DNA of 32,660 bases from a virus (taxonomy: Duplodnaviria; Heunggongvirae; Uroviricota; Caudoviricetes). Where the stretch lies: the IMG/VR virus record IMGVR_UViG_2648501400_000018. One strand, 5' to 3'. This document shows, piece by piece, positions 1 through 8,448 of the stretch; the first letter of the stretch is position 1, and every line of letters begins with the position of its first letter. The position numbers were made by a program, and so were the translations under genes. The notes under the pieces were generated by a model that saw only the letters and a program-made list of their open reading frames with translations, had not been told where the DNA came from and did not search any database.

Positions 1-19
1 TACGACCTCGTTTCATTAA

Positions 20-427
20 TCACTTCCGGGGTGATTTTACTGCTTCAGGTTCATCAATGATAGAGAATAATGGGAGCTGTCGGCGGGCGCTTTCAGAACG
101 CTGGATCTTTTTCACCACTTTGTAGATCCACTGCAAAGTCAGGTTGTACTTCTTCGCCAGTTCGCGGTAGTTGCGTCCATCACACTCCTGCCAGATTTTA
201 TAGTCCCGCGCCGATGTCATGAAGACCATGCCTTTGGGCAGGTAAATGGTTTGTCCGCCCCATGCCTGCATCATGTGATTAGCCACAGCGACGGCAATCT
301 GTTCAGCGATATCATCTTCCATTCCAACCATTTCTTTCAATGTGTTTGCGACGTGGTGCGCAAGGTCAGCAAAGATTTCTGGCTGTTGCGGTTCTTTCAT
401 CTTCCCCTCCCGACACGCGCCAGCCAT
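20..427 (-). CDS. mor: Mor/C-family late-transcription activator
   Basis: 135 aa ORF; small basic protein with C-terminal HTH-like region (NLTLQWIYKVVKKIQ); lies directly downstream of the gemA-like gene as in Mu. Confidence 0.55.
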   Translation of the reverse strand: MAGACREGKMKEPQQPEIFADLAHHVANTLKEMVGMEDDIAEQIAVAVANHMMQAWGGQTIYLPKGMVFMTSARDYKIWQECDGRNYRELAKKYNLTLQWIYKVVKKIQRSESARRQLPLFSIIDEPEAVKSPRK

Positions 428-447
428 TTTTTCAGTTGTTCAATCAC

Positions 448-801
448 CTAGCTGGCCTGCTGATTGTTAAGCCACTCCAGCCGGGCGACGCCTGTCTGGC
501 GTTGTACGAACTTATTTAACGCCGACAAACTGCCATCTCTGACCGTACCGCTGGAAGTCAGTTCCTGCCATAACGCGCGGATCATCGCAGACTGCTTATC
601 ATAGGAAGGAGGCTCTTTAGATGTGACTTTGAAGCCCTGTTTTTTCATCACAGCGAAAGCCTTAGCCAGTTGTGAGTCGCTCATTACCCGTAACGATTCA
701 CTGCCGCAGTGTGTTTTAAGTAATTGTCGATACGTAGCCTCATCCAGTCGCAGCTCTCGCCGGGCAACATGGATAACCCGCAATAATTGTGCTCTGTTCA
801 T
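448..801 (-). CDS. gemA: GemA-like regulatory protein (Mu gp16 family)
   Basis: 117 aa ORF beginning MNRAQLLRVIHVARRELRLDEATYRQLL, closely matching the remembered N-terminal pattern of Mu GemA; position immediately upstream of mor-like gene. Confidence 0.55.
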   Translation of the reverse strand: MNRAQLLRVIHVARRELRLDEATYRQLLKTHCGSESLRVMSDSQLAKAFAVMKKQGFKVTSKEPPSYDKQSAMIRALWQELTSSGTVRDGSLSALNKFVQRQTGVARLEWLNNQQAS

Positions 802-855
802 TCATTCCTCCGTGAGGCGGTTATGACAGGCACAACCGCTGGATAATCAATGTGG

Positions 856-1149
856 CTACACGTCACCACATTGGCAGATCCCAACCATCCTTACGGTTAA
901 TACCGATGGCTCATTTGCGGGAGATATGCAGCTTTTATCGAGGCAGTAATCTTTGCCACGAGATCGGACAACCGCTGAATCATTATTGACGCTGGTTATT
1001 TTCCCTGTTTTTGTCGTTATTCTGATGCGAGTGTTACGGGCGCTCATAGATACTTGCTGCCAGGCAAAACTCACTTTGTCGCCAATGCGAAACGGTACTT
1101 CTTTCTCGGCATATTTCCCGCAGGCCGGGCATTTAACAAACATCATCAT
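856..1149 (-). CDS. Hypothetical early protein with Cys-rich zinc-ribbon-like motifs
   Basis: 97 aa ORF; CPACG near N-terminus and CQCG at C-terminus; co-oriented in the early operon. Confidence 0.35.
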   Translation of the reverse strand: MMMFVKCPACGKYAEKEVPFRIGDKVSFAWQQVSMSARNTRIRITTKTGKITSVNNDSAVVRSRGKDYCLDKSCISPANEPSVLTVRMVGICQCGDV

Positions 1150-1411
1150 TTACTACCCCCAACCATTCAGCCAGTCGCGCCAGCTTTTTCGCTTTGCGAT
1201 AATCGATTAGCTTTTCCATACCGTTCTGCCGGAACTGTTCGATCATGATTTCCACATCAGCCATTTCATCCGCCAGCACAGCTTCGTCACAGAAGCCTGT
1301 CAAACCACGCGCGGCTGCGGCGCTGAGTTCGGCTGCTTCCTCGGCGAGCTTCGCCAGTTGTTTCTCCGGCCCCCACTTGCGTAAGGCTGCACGGTAGATA
1401 AGCGTTTTCAT
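1133..1411 (-). CDS. Putative MazG-like (all-alpha NTP pyrophosphohydrolase-like) early protein
   Basis: 92 aa ORF with acidic helical motifs EEAAELSAA and DEMADVEIMIEQF resembling the EExxE...ExxD metal-binding pattern of MazG-like domains. Weak, memory-based. Confidence 0.35.
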   Translation of the reverse strand: MKTLIYRAALRKWGPEKQLAKLAEEAAELSAAAARGLTGFCDEAVLADEMADVEIMIEQFRQNGMEKLIDYRKAKKLARLAEWLGVVNDDVC

Positions 1412-1602
1412 GCGCCTACCTCCGTTGCCGGGGTTAATTCCATAGTGGGAATAAAGGCGTTATAAGCCTGCTCGCAGTGCGGACAGAGCAAAATTAAATT
1501 TACGCACCACTCCTTATATTCATCAGTCTGCAATAAGCTTGCTTGTTGAAAATCCAGTTCAGTGACTTCTTTTTTGCAGTACACACATTTAATCGTCGCC
1601 AT
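1408..1602 (-). CDS. Small zinc-ribbon protein (two CxxC pairs)
   Basis: Start placed at internal ATG (MATIKCVYCKK...CPHCEQ) so it abuts rather than overlaps the upstream gene; CxxC...CxxC spacing typical of a zinc ribbon. Confidence 0.4.
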   Translation of the reverse strand: MATIKCVYCKKEVTELDFQQASLLQTDEYKEWCVNLILLCPHCEQAYNAFIPTMELTPATEVGA

Positions 1603-1603
1603 C

Positions 1604-2221
1604 TCACACCCCCGCAATATTCAGCACGACAGGCTGGTATTTATCGCTATCACCGACACGCTGATAAACCCGCACGTAACTTGTTGAGTTCACCACCTGC
1701 ACCGACTCGCCAATGGCCTCCATTGCCTTCAGCCAGCGTGGGTCGGTAATTTCATAGCGGCGCAGCGCCAGTACGCGCCCGGTGGAGATGTTGCCCTCTT
1801 TATCTTCTGCGAATGCTTTCTCCACGATGACCTTCAGCTCTGGCGTGGCCTGTGCCGTCCACTCATGCAGGCACTCATCAATCAAGTTACGGGCGGCTTG
1901 TAACCGTTCATCAAAGGCGATGTTTTCGGCAATCTGGCGCTGGATCTTGTAGCGACCATCAAATGAATGCAGGGTGATGTTGCCTTTCTTGCCTCCGGGG
2001 CGGGCATCATATTGTTCAACGGACAAATCAATAAACGCCTGTATATCGCCAAAACAGCGGTTTTTAAACTCAAGTAATTCAGCATTCATTTTCATTGCGT
2101 CGGCGACGATCTCCTTTACCAGCGCATCGCGTGCGCGGTCAATGGGCTTGATCATAGACTCGGGAACCAGACAACCTTTGGCGTCCTGCCAGTAACCTGC
2201 GGGGATAGTTTTTTCAGTCAT
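1604..2221 (-). CDS. Hypothetical early-region protein
   Basis: 205 aa ORF co-oriented with the transposition genes; no motif recognised. Confidence 0.4.
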   Translation of the reverse strand: MTEKTIPAGYWQDAKGCLVPESMIKPIDRARDALVKEIVADAMKMNAELLEFKNRCFGDIQAFIDLSVEQYDARPGGKKGNITLHSFDGRYKIQRQIAENIAFDERLQAARNLIDECLHEWTAQATPELKVIVEKAFAEDKEGNISTGRVLALRRYEITDPRWLKAMEAIGESVQVVNSTSYVRVYQRVGDSDKYQPVVLNIAGV

Positions 2222-2292
2222 AAAATAGTCTCCAGGGTGATTTCAGGGTGTGCGAAGCCTGCCGGGTTGACGGCATTTTTCTGCGACCTGAA

Positions 2293-2388
2293 TTAATTAA
2301 ATAAGGCTATGAATATAAAAATCAGTGTAGTTATAGCGCTGGCCCATAATACAAAACGGTCAGCCAGCGATATCTTGCGGTATTGCAT
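2293..2388 (-). CDS. Candidate small hydrophobic peptide (about 31 aa; up to 42 aa from upstream ATG near 2421), not in the ORF track
   Basis: Minus-strand reading of the AT-rich gap between the B-like gene and the next early gene gives MQYRKISLADRFVLWASAITTLIFIFIALFN; an AAGGA Shine-Dalgarno lies about 6 nt upstream of the internal ATG. Coordinates approximate. Confidence 0.3.
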   Translation of the reverse strand: MQYRKISLADRFVLWASAITTLIFIFIALFN

Positions 2389-2423
2389 CACGTCCTTTCC
2401 GGTTAATTTGTGAAATACCATTT

Positions 2424-3548
2424 TCACACTCCTTTAATCACATCCGCATTCACCACCGGCACGCCGATATCAGCGGCCAGATTCATTGCGGCGATAACCA
2501 GATTCCCCAGCGCCAGCGGATAAAGCAGACTGACGTCACCGCGTCGGGATGAATTACATAATCGGGCGCGGATAGCATCGGCGGTGCTATCATCCAGCAC
2601 CTCGGAAACACCTTTCCCGGTACGCTGAAATTTGAACGCCAGAAACGCTTCCAGATAGTTATCCAGCGGCAGCAGTTCGACGACCTCGCAGCGCTGTACC
2701 ACTTCGCGCACCTCCTGATTACGTTCAGAAAGTTTCAGCTTTAGCTCCGGCTGGCCAATCAACACCACCGACAGCAGTTTTTTAAAGCCGTCCTCCAGCT
2801 CAAAGAACCGCTTCAAATGCTTGAGCGTCGGCACCGGTAGCGAGTGCGCCTCTTCAATAACCAGACAATGTGAGAACCCGGCGCGGGCCGACTCTTTCAG
2901 CACCCGGTGCAACTGGCGGTAACGGGCCTCCTGCGAGCGTTTGACGTTCTCCAGCGGTGCGATGGTGTTGATGATGGCCTCGGCAATCGACGCCGCTTTC
3001 AGAGTTTTGCCTTTGGCGTCGTTGTCTTCCATCGCAATGATGTACGGTTCGATGAGGATAACTGGCGCGTTTTCACGGTTGATGCGATCAGCCAGGTCAC
3101 GGCGTAGCGTGGTTTTCCCTGCGCCGGATTCGCCAACTACGGCGATAAATCCGCCATGTCGCGCGGTCTGATACAGTGCTTCACGCACGTAGCGGATATC
3201 TGGCGTGGTGAACACGTCGTCCGCACTCTGCATAACCTCATCGGCGAACGGGTCGCGGAACAACCCAAAATGCTTCTTCGCCGCTGGATTTAATACCTGT
3301 TTTGCCAGTAACATATTTTCGTCCTCACTGGATGATGTACCGGTGCAGGCGGTGGCCGCCGTCTGCGCCTCCTTCAGTTCAATACCTTTTTCTGCAAAAA
3401 ATGTGCTGATGCGCTCCCGTAGTTCTTCTGTTTTCGGCCACAGGCCGTGATTAACCATCTGCGCGATAACCGCTGCGGAAACTCCGGTAGCCTGTGCTAC
3501 TGCTGCCTGAGTGATGCCACGCTGGCGCAACTGTTGTTTAATCTGCAT
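2424..3548 (-). CDS. MuB-like transposition ATPase (AAA+ with N-terminal HTH)
   Basis: 374 aa ORF; N-terminal HTH (ITQAAVAQATGVSAAVIAQMVN); Walker A GESGAGKT; sits immediately downstream of the transposase as B follows A in Mu. Confidence 0.7.
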   Translation of the reverse strand: MQIKQQLRQRGITQAAVAQATGVSAAVIAQMVNHGLWPKTEELRERISTFFAEKGIELKEAQTAATACTGTSSSEDENMLLAKQVLNPAAKKHFGLFRDPFADEVMQSADDVFTTPDIRYVREALYQTARHGGFIAVVGESGAGKTTLRRDLADRINRENAPVILIEPYIIAMEDNDAKGKTLKAASIAEAIINTIAPLENVKRSQEARYRQLHRVLKESARAGFSHCLVIEEAHSLPVPTLKHLKRFFELEDGFKKLLSVVLIGQPELKLKLSERNQEVREVVQRCEVVELLPLDNYLEAFLAFKFQRTGKGVSEVLDDSTADAIRARLCNSSRRGDVSLLYPLALGNLVIAAMNLAADIGVPVVNADVIKGV

Positions 3549-3557
3549 AACTCCCCC

Positions 3558-5312
3558 TTAACCGCCGACTACGTTCAGTTGCACTCGGGCGGTAAGCTGC
3601 TGCGCGGCGGCGTCCAGTTCTTCTTCCGCCACGCCTTCTGGCCAGCGTTTCACCAGTTCCTGATACAGTGCGACGTTCCATTCCGGCAACCGTGCTTTCA
3701 GCGCCTTCGCCGCCTCGACGTGAGTCAGACGCCGGGCTTCAACGCGTGGAGCGCGTACCGGGGAATCCTGACCACGACGCGGCAGGAACGCGGGCAGTTC
3801 GCTGTCGGTGATGGGTTTATACGGGTCAAGCCTGCCGCCGAACGGCAGCGCCTTCGCTTTACGCGCCGCAGCCGCGTCCGTCTCGTTATCTGTTCCGGTA
3901 ACAATCTGCTCAATCTGTTTAGCCGCAGTCTGCGCGGGTGTATCGGCGTGGCGCTTGTGATTCTGGCCCAGCACCGCCGCGCCTTCGGCAAAGCCGTATT
4001 CGTCCTTGCGGACTTCCTCCACCAGGTGAAAATACTCGTGGCCATCGTCACCGATGAGCACTACCTGCGCGGCATCGCTGCGCCACGGATTGCGGGTGAT
4101 CATCAGTTTTTCACCCACCATCACATCTGGCACGGTGGAGACGTCGTATTCCGTACCCTGAAACGACACGCGCAGCTTCGGCGTTATCTTGCGGCTTTCC
4201 GGCGCGGCAACAGCCAGTTCGCGGCAGACCTCCACCGATGGCGCTTTGATAAGCTGCTGCGCGGTGATGGTCATCCAGACGTTACTACGCGACTTGCCGT
4301 GGCGGGTGTGAATCGCGGTGGCGTTGAAGTGCTGCCGCCACAGGCGCGCTTTGGCGTTCAGTTCCTCCAGGCTGTGAACCGGCTGGAACTTCAGCCCCGG
4401 TTCAAAGCGGCGTTCGATAATGTCGCGCGCCTTTTCCACCTGCCCGGTGGCGCGGGCGTTGTGGGCTTTATGCGCCACCACGTCAATGCCCAGCGAACGA
4501 CAGAGGTTCTTCGTCATAGCGGCGGTGTTGGCCGAGCCGGGGTCGAGATACAACATATGCGGCACGCCGTGGAGCACATCCGCGCCGCCGCGCTCCTGCA
4601 TGGCATTGATGAGAACGGAACAGAGATTTTCGCCAGACTCCGCCCCCATCACGTATTCAACGTAGATCCAGCCGCTGGTATGGTCGGTCAGTTCATAGCT
4701 CCATACCCGGTCACTGGCGATACGTTGCAGGTTCTTCGGCTTGTTTTTGTAGAACGTCGCGCTGTCCATCACCTGTAACCCGCGCTGTCCGTTGCTGAGG
4801 TAGTACAGCGTGCAGAGCGAGGCGTCGATTTCCCAGACGTGATTGGGGTGCAGACTGGCAAGCTCCGTCACTGGCGCGGGCTGGCTGAGTTGATCCGGGT
4901 GCAGGCCGTAGCCACGCAGCGCCCGGATGATGGTGCTTTCTGACAATGGCACCCACTCGCCGCTTTCCTCATCCAGCCGCCCGGCGTCAATCTCGCCGTT
5001 GGCGCGTAACATCTCCACGGCATCAATGACGGAATACAGGCGCTTGCCGTTCTTACGGGTGGCTTCCGTCAGCGTAGCGGAAATCATCACCGCCTCATCG
5101 CGGGTCAGCGCGGTTTTTCCGGCGTCGGTGCGGCGCTTGCGTTTATCGGTCACGGCAACCTCCTTTATTCTGCGTAACAGCGTGGCGCGGGACAGGCCAA
5201 GTTCCGCGCAGGCGGCAGTGTAGATTGCGCCGCGTGCGCCATGCCCGGCCTGCCGTGCAGCCTGAGCAACAGCAACTAAGCGTTCGGTCATGACGGCGCT
5301 CATGGTCAGCAT
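3558..5312 (-). CDS. DDE transposase, MuA-like
   Basis: 584 aa ORF; N-terminal DNA-binding region; candidate DDE residues in HVWEIDAS, YLDPGSANTA and a downstream Glu (GQVEKA); followed by the B-like ATPase. Confidence 0.75.
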   Translation of the reverse strand: MLTMSAVMTERLVAVAQAARQAGHGARGAIYTAACAELGLSRATLLRRIKEVAVTDKRKRRTDAGKTALTRDEAVMISATLTEATRKNGKRLYSVIDAVEMLRANGEIDAGRLDEESGEWVPLSESTIIRALRGYGLHPDQLSQPAPVTELASLHPNHVWEIDASLCTLYYLSNGQRGLQVMDSATFYKNKPKNLQRIASDRVWSYELTDHTSGWIYVEYVMGAESGENLCSVLINAMQERGGADVLHGVPHMLYLDPGSANTAAMTKNLCRSLGIDVVAHKAHNARATGQVEKARDIIERRFEPGLKFQPVHSLEELNAKARLWRQHFNATAIHTRHGKSRSNVWMTITAQQLIKAPSVEVCRELAVAAPESRKITPKLRVSFQGTEYDVSTVPDVMVGEKLMITRNPWRSDAAQVVLIGDDGHEYFHLVEEVRKDEYGFAEGAAVLGQNHKRHADTPAQTAAKQIEQIVTGTDNETDAAAARKAKALPFGGRLDPYKPITDSELPAFLPRRGQDSPVRAPRVEARRLTHVEAAKALKARLPEWNVALYQELVKRWPEGVAEEELDAAAQQLTARVQLNVVGG

Positions 5313-5605
5313 CCTTCCGGTAGTTCGGGAACTAACATCCAGTGGGTGATCTGTTTTGCCGGGTACGTTTCACTGGTGCAGTGAAACTCGCCATCAATAT
5401 AGTTAGCGGTTTCCACGCCGTAGCCATCACAGACCAGCACAAGGTCATAGTCACCAGGCAGTTGTGCGTCAGTGGCTATCCACGGTGAGGCCAGCGCATC
5501 CTTAAAAACGACTCTCAGCAGTCGGCCACCGAGGATATCGGCGTTAAAGTGGTAACTCGGCTCCTGCGGAGCCTTAGCGAAATCAATAACTAATGTGCGG
5601 ATCAT
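5306..5605 (-). CDS. Hypothetical protein
   Basis: 99 aa ORF overlapping its neighbours by a few bases (operon-like packing); no motif recognised. Confidence 0.35.
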   Translation of the reverse strand: MIRTLVIDFAKAPQEPSYHFNADILGGRLLRVVFKDALASPWIATDAQLPGDYDLVLVCDGYGVETANYIDGEFHCTSETYPAKQITHWMLVPELPEGC

Positions 5606-6537
5606 GCGGCGTTCTCCTTATCGGTGGTCATCCAGTCCGGGCGTTCGATTTTAGGCGTGGGGTTTGTTACCCACTCCGGCGCGGCGTCACTGCGTGGTTC
5701 GACAGCAAGGCCAAACTCTTCACGCAGATAAACGGTGGCGCTGTCAATCTGGCATAACAGCCCGGTCATAAAGGCGTGAGGGTGCGTCTGAACCAGTGCC
5801 GAATGATGTTGATTCAGGACGGTAAAAGCTTCGTGGAGCTTGCCGCGAATAATGGCCTCGGCTTCGAAGGCAATAGCCATGACTTCCTTGCGCAACTGCT
5901 CGTCCTCCACATCCGGGGGCGGCGGCGCGATGCGGGATTTTTTGGCAAGCTGGGTGGAGAGGTTGTCGATTTTGCTGTTCTTGTCAGCCAGAACGCGGCG
6001 CTGGGCGTCGGCGTCCTCGCGAGCTTCACGCAGGGCGGCGCGGAGTTCGCGACTGGTCATACGGTCGATATCGTCGAGGGTTAGCCCGGCAACGGTGCCG
6101 CCTTCGGTCAGGGCAGTGAGTTCGTCGTCATCTTCTGCCATTAACTCGAATAGTTTGGTTTTACCCAAATGTGCCAGCGCTGGCATATTTGATTTCAGCG
6201 CTGGAGATAAATATTTGGTTGATGCCTGCATCATCCTTACTGACGTGCGATATGGTAAGCCCAGTTCCTTTTCAATAAGTTCGATAAACTCCCCATGCGG
6301 CTCATTCTCTTTCAGAATCACCAGGCGCTTACCCGCTTCCAGCATTGCCTCGGCGCTCTGCGACATATAAAACCGAGCCTCATGCACCACTCGGTCGCGC
6401 TCATACGGAAGGCCGTCGCCGAACTGCTGCATAATTTCGATGCGGTGTTCCGCCAGCGCGTTCAGGCTGACGTTCAGTTCAGTGTTCAGCGGTGCGTCCG
6501 GCACCAGTTCAACAGGTGGTGATTTTTGACGTGCCAT
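5602..6537 (-). CDS. Hypothetical early protein (acidic, helical)
   Basis: 311 aa ORF between the ner-like gene and the transposase; no secure family assignment. Confidence 0.4.
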   Translation of the reverse strand: MARQKSPPVELVPDAPLNTELNVSLNALAEHRIEIMQQFGDGLPYERDRVVHEARFYMSQSAEAMLEAGKRLVILKENEPHGEFIELIEKELGLPYRTSVRMMQASTKYLSPALKSNMPALAHLGKTKLFELMAEDDDELTALTEGGTVAGLTLDDIDRMTSRELRAALREAREDADAQRRVLADKNSKIDNLSTQLAKKSRIAPPPPDVEDEQLRKEVMAIAFEAEAIIRGKLHEAFTVLNQHHSALVQTHPHAFMTGLLCQIDSATVYLREEFGLAVEPRSDAAPEWVTNPTPKIERPDWMTTDKENAA

Positions 6538-6548
6538 TAACTTGCTCC

Positions 6549-6848
6549 TTAGCGACTGCCAGCCAGCAACCGCTGATTCATTTCATTCAGCCTGTCCTGA
6601 GCGAGTGTGACTTCCGTCGCGTGGGCGTGGGCGATTTGCAGCATCGCCATACTCATGGCGAAGCGCCCATTTTCCAGCCGTTGTACCAGTCCCTCTTCGA
6701 TCAGAGTGTCAGCGGCGCGGGTGATATTGGCCGGGGATTCATGCAACGCCGCCGCCAATTCGCCATTGGACAACCCAGTGAGCGAGTAGCCTTTCAGGGC
6801 TTTGAGTACGCGCAGGATACGTGCGCCGGAAGTAGAGGTGGGTTTCAT
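6549..6848 (-). CDS. Small winged-HTH DNA-binding protein
   Basis: 99 aa ORF; HTH-like segment GLSNGELAAALHESPANITRAADTLIEEGLVQRL. Confidence 0.45.
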   Translation of the reverse strand: MKPTSTSGARILRVLKALKGYSLTGLSNGELAAALHESPANITRAADTLIEEGLVQRLENGRFAMSMAMLQIAHAHATEVTLAQDRLNEMNQRLLAGSR

Positions 6849-7084
6849 GCATGCATCTCCAGTGGTTGGACATGGCGGCTGATGTAGTGGTCAGAACAGG
6901 TGATGTTGCCTGGATCGTCCGGGCCGTTCAGCCCGGCAAACTCATCAACCAGAAATACGCTATATGCGGATAATCCTCGCTGACGCGGAATGCGGCGAAT
7001 AAACGTGCAGTGGTGTGGAGTTGATTGGCCAAATGAGGGCGTAATCAGTACGCGCTGGCCGGGGGTTAAATCGGTAGGTTTCAT
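6845..7084 (-). CDS. Hypothetical protein
   Basis: 79 aa ORF packed between the ner-like gene and the HTH gene; no motif recognised. Confidence 0.3.
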   Translation of the reverse strand: MKPTDLTPGQRVLITPSFGQSTPHHCTFIRRIPRQRGLSAYSVFLVDEFAGLNGPDDPGNITCSDHYISRHVQPLEMHA

Positions 7085-7094
7085 TGCGCTCTCC

Positions 7095-7319
7095 TTAGTT
7101 AGGTTCGTGCAGGATGCCTGGCACGATCTCTTTTCCGATGGTGCGGGACAGTTCTTTCAGGATGCGGAATGTAAGACGTCCGCGCGGCAAGTCCTGTTTG
7201 CCCGCCCAACGATCAACAGCTTGCGTAACCGTCCGGGGTTCGTAGCCGGTACTGATGGCGAACTGGCGAAAGTTGCTGCCCTGCTCAATCAGCCGCGCGT
7301 GGATTTGGTGTTTGTTCAT
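7095..7319 (-). CDS. ner: Ner-like DNA-binding regulator (Ner/Nlp family)
   Basis: 74 aa ORF; size and pattern (FAISTGYEPRTVTQAVDRWAGK) resemble Mu Ner; first gene of the leftward early operon and divergent from the repressor-like gene. Confidence 0.55.
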   Translation of the reverse strand: MNKHQIHARLIEQGSNFRQFAISTGYEPRTVTQAVDRWAGKQDLPRGRLTFRILKELSRTIGKEIVPGILHEPN

Positions 7320-7400
7320 TTGTTCCCTCTGAGCTATTATGTACTCAATTGGGTTTATTGTACGTACTCAAACGGGCAAGTCAACGACTAATATGCACAA
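7320..7400. promoter_or_regulatory. Divergent promoter/operator region between ner-like and repressor-like genes with two direct repeats
   Basis: Imperfect direct repeats TATTATGTACTCAA (about 7335-7348) and TATTGTACGTACTCAA (about 7356-7371) sharing GTACTCAA, in the 81 bp gap between divergent regulators. Confidence 0.4.
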
Positions 7401-7811
7401 ATGAACATAAAAGAAAGGCTCAAAAAAATACTCGCTGACAAAGCGTTATCAATCACTGATGCTGCCGCGCAGTGCGATATCCCATATCGTTCTCTACAAA
7501 ACTATCTGCGTGGCGAGCGAGAACCAAATGCGGAGGCATTGATCTCAATAGGTACCCATTTGGGTATAAATATTGATTGGCTGCTCACCGGCAGAGGAGG
7601 AATGCATCTGTCTGAACATGCGGATGTTTTGACTGAGCAGCCGGAATACAGCCATGCCGATTTGAAGTTACTGGAATTTTTGAATCAGTTGGAACCGGAT
7701 ATACGAAAGGATTTATTACGCAGTGCTGAAGAAAAACAGCGAGTGGCCGCCCTAGAAAAAAGATTAGAGGAATTGGCTTTAGAACTCGAAAGCCTAAAAC
7801 GTTCGGCGTAA
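7401..7811 (+). CDS. XRE-family HTH regulator, putative prophage repressor
   Basis: 136 aa ORF; N-terminal HTH (ITDAAAQCDIPYRSLQNYLRGEREPNAEALISIGTHLGINIDWLLTG); C-terminal coiled-coil-like region; divergent from ner-like gene. Confidence 0.55.
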   Translation: MNIKERLKKILADKALSITDAAAQCDIPYRSLQNYLRGEREPNAEALISIGTHLGINIDWLLTGRGGMHLSEHADVLTEQPEYSHADLKLLEFLNQLEPDIRKDLLRSAEEKQRVAALEKRLEELALELESLKRSA

Positions 7812-7849
7812 AGTGTTCTCATTAAGAACAAAACATGAAGGACTATGTT

Positions 7850-8371
7850 ATGAAACACTTTTTCTTACCTTTGGGGGGTTGTGCGCTGTTGTTGTCGGGA
7901 TGTGGTGATGACGATGTTACGCAGCCATCTGCATCGACAACGTTTACTGTTGAAACCGATAGTCCGGTAGTGAAGCGCGAATTGCCCTTTATTCGCCAAC
8001 AGTGTCCAGGACTGGATAAATACGCGGCAAACTTTGATAAATTTAAGGTCTACGACGACACGATGCGTCCGGTGACAACGGTGGAGTTTCACGTCAAGAA
8101 TGAGAACAGCATACCAGGTAATTACACCGCCTCTGATCATACCTGTTTCCTTTTCATCTCCAACAATGCCCACGAAGTGAAGATTTCAAAATCGGCCTGC
8201 CAGTCAGTTTGCTTTGATAAAGCGGATGTGCCGGGTGGGGATTTGGTTGTGAAACTGGATAAAGAAAGAGTTCCTATGACTGCTGATAAGAAACCACCAC
8301 GCGAGGGGTGCCTGATGGTTTACTCGCCAGAGCCGGATGGGGATTACTGGACGTGTCCAAGACAAGATTAA
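7850..8371 (+). CDS. Lipoprotein (signal peptide with lipobox LSGC)
   Basis: Start moved to the second ATG (MKHFFLPLGGCALLLSGCG), which has AAGGA about 7 nt upstream; six further cysteines in the mature part; AT-rich relative to late genes. Confidence 0.6.
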   Translation: MKHFFLPLGGCALLLSGCGDDDVTQPSASTTFTVETDSPVVKRELPFIRQQCPGLDKYAANFDKFKVYDDTMRPVTTVEFHVKNENSIPGNYTASDHTCFLFISNNAHEVKISKSACQSVCFDKADVPGGDLVVKLDKERVPMTADKKPPREGCLMVYSPEPDGDYWTCPRQD

Positions 8372-8448
8372 ACATGTTGTAAACAAAACAAAAAAGCGTG
8401 CAGACAGCACGCATTTACTATCTAACTCTACTGAAGGTTTCAGATTCT

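Noticed and set aside
3447-4778. 443 aa plus-strand ORF overlapping the transposase gene
   Set aside because: Antisense to a well-supported DDE transposase; R/G/H-rich composition typical of a shadow ORF in GC-rich coding DNA.
5840-6370. 176 aa plus-strand Ser/Arg-rich ORF
   Set aside because: Antisense to the 311 aa early gene; low-complexity composition.
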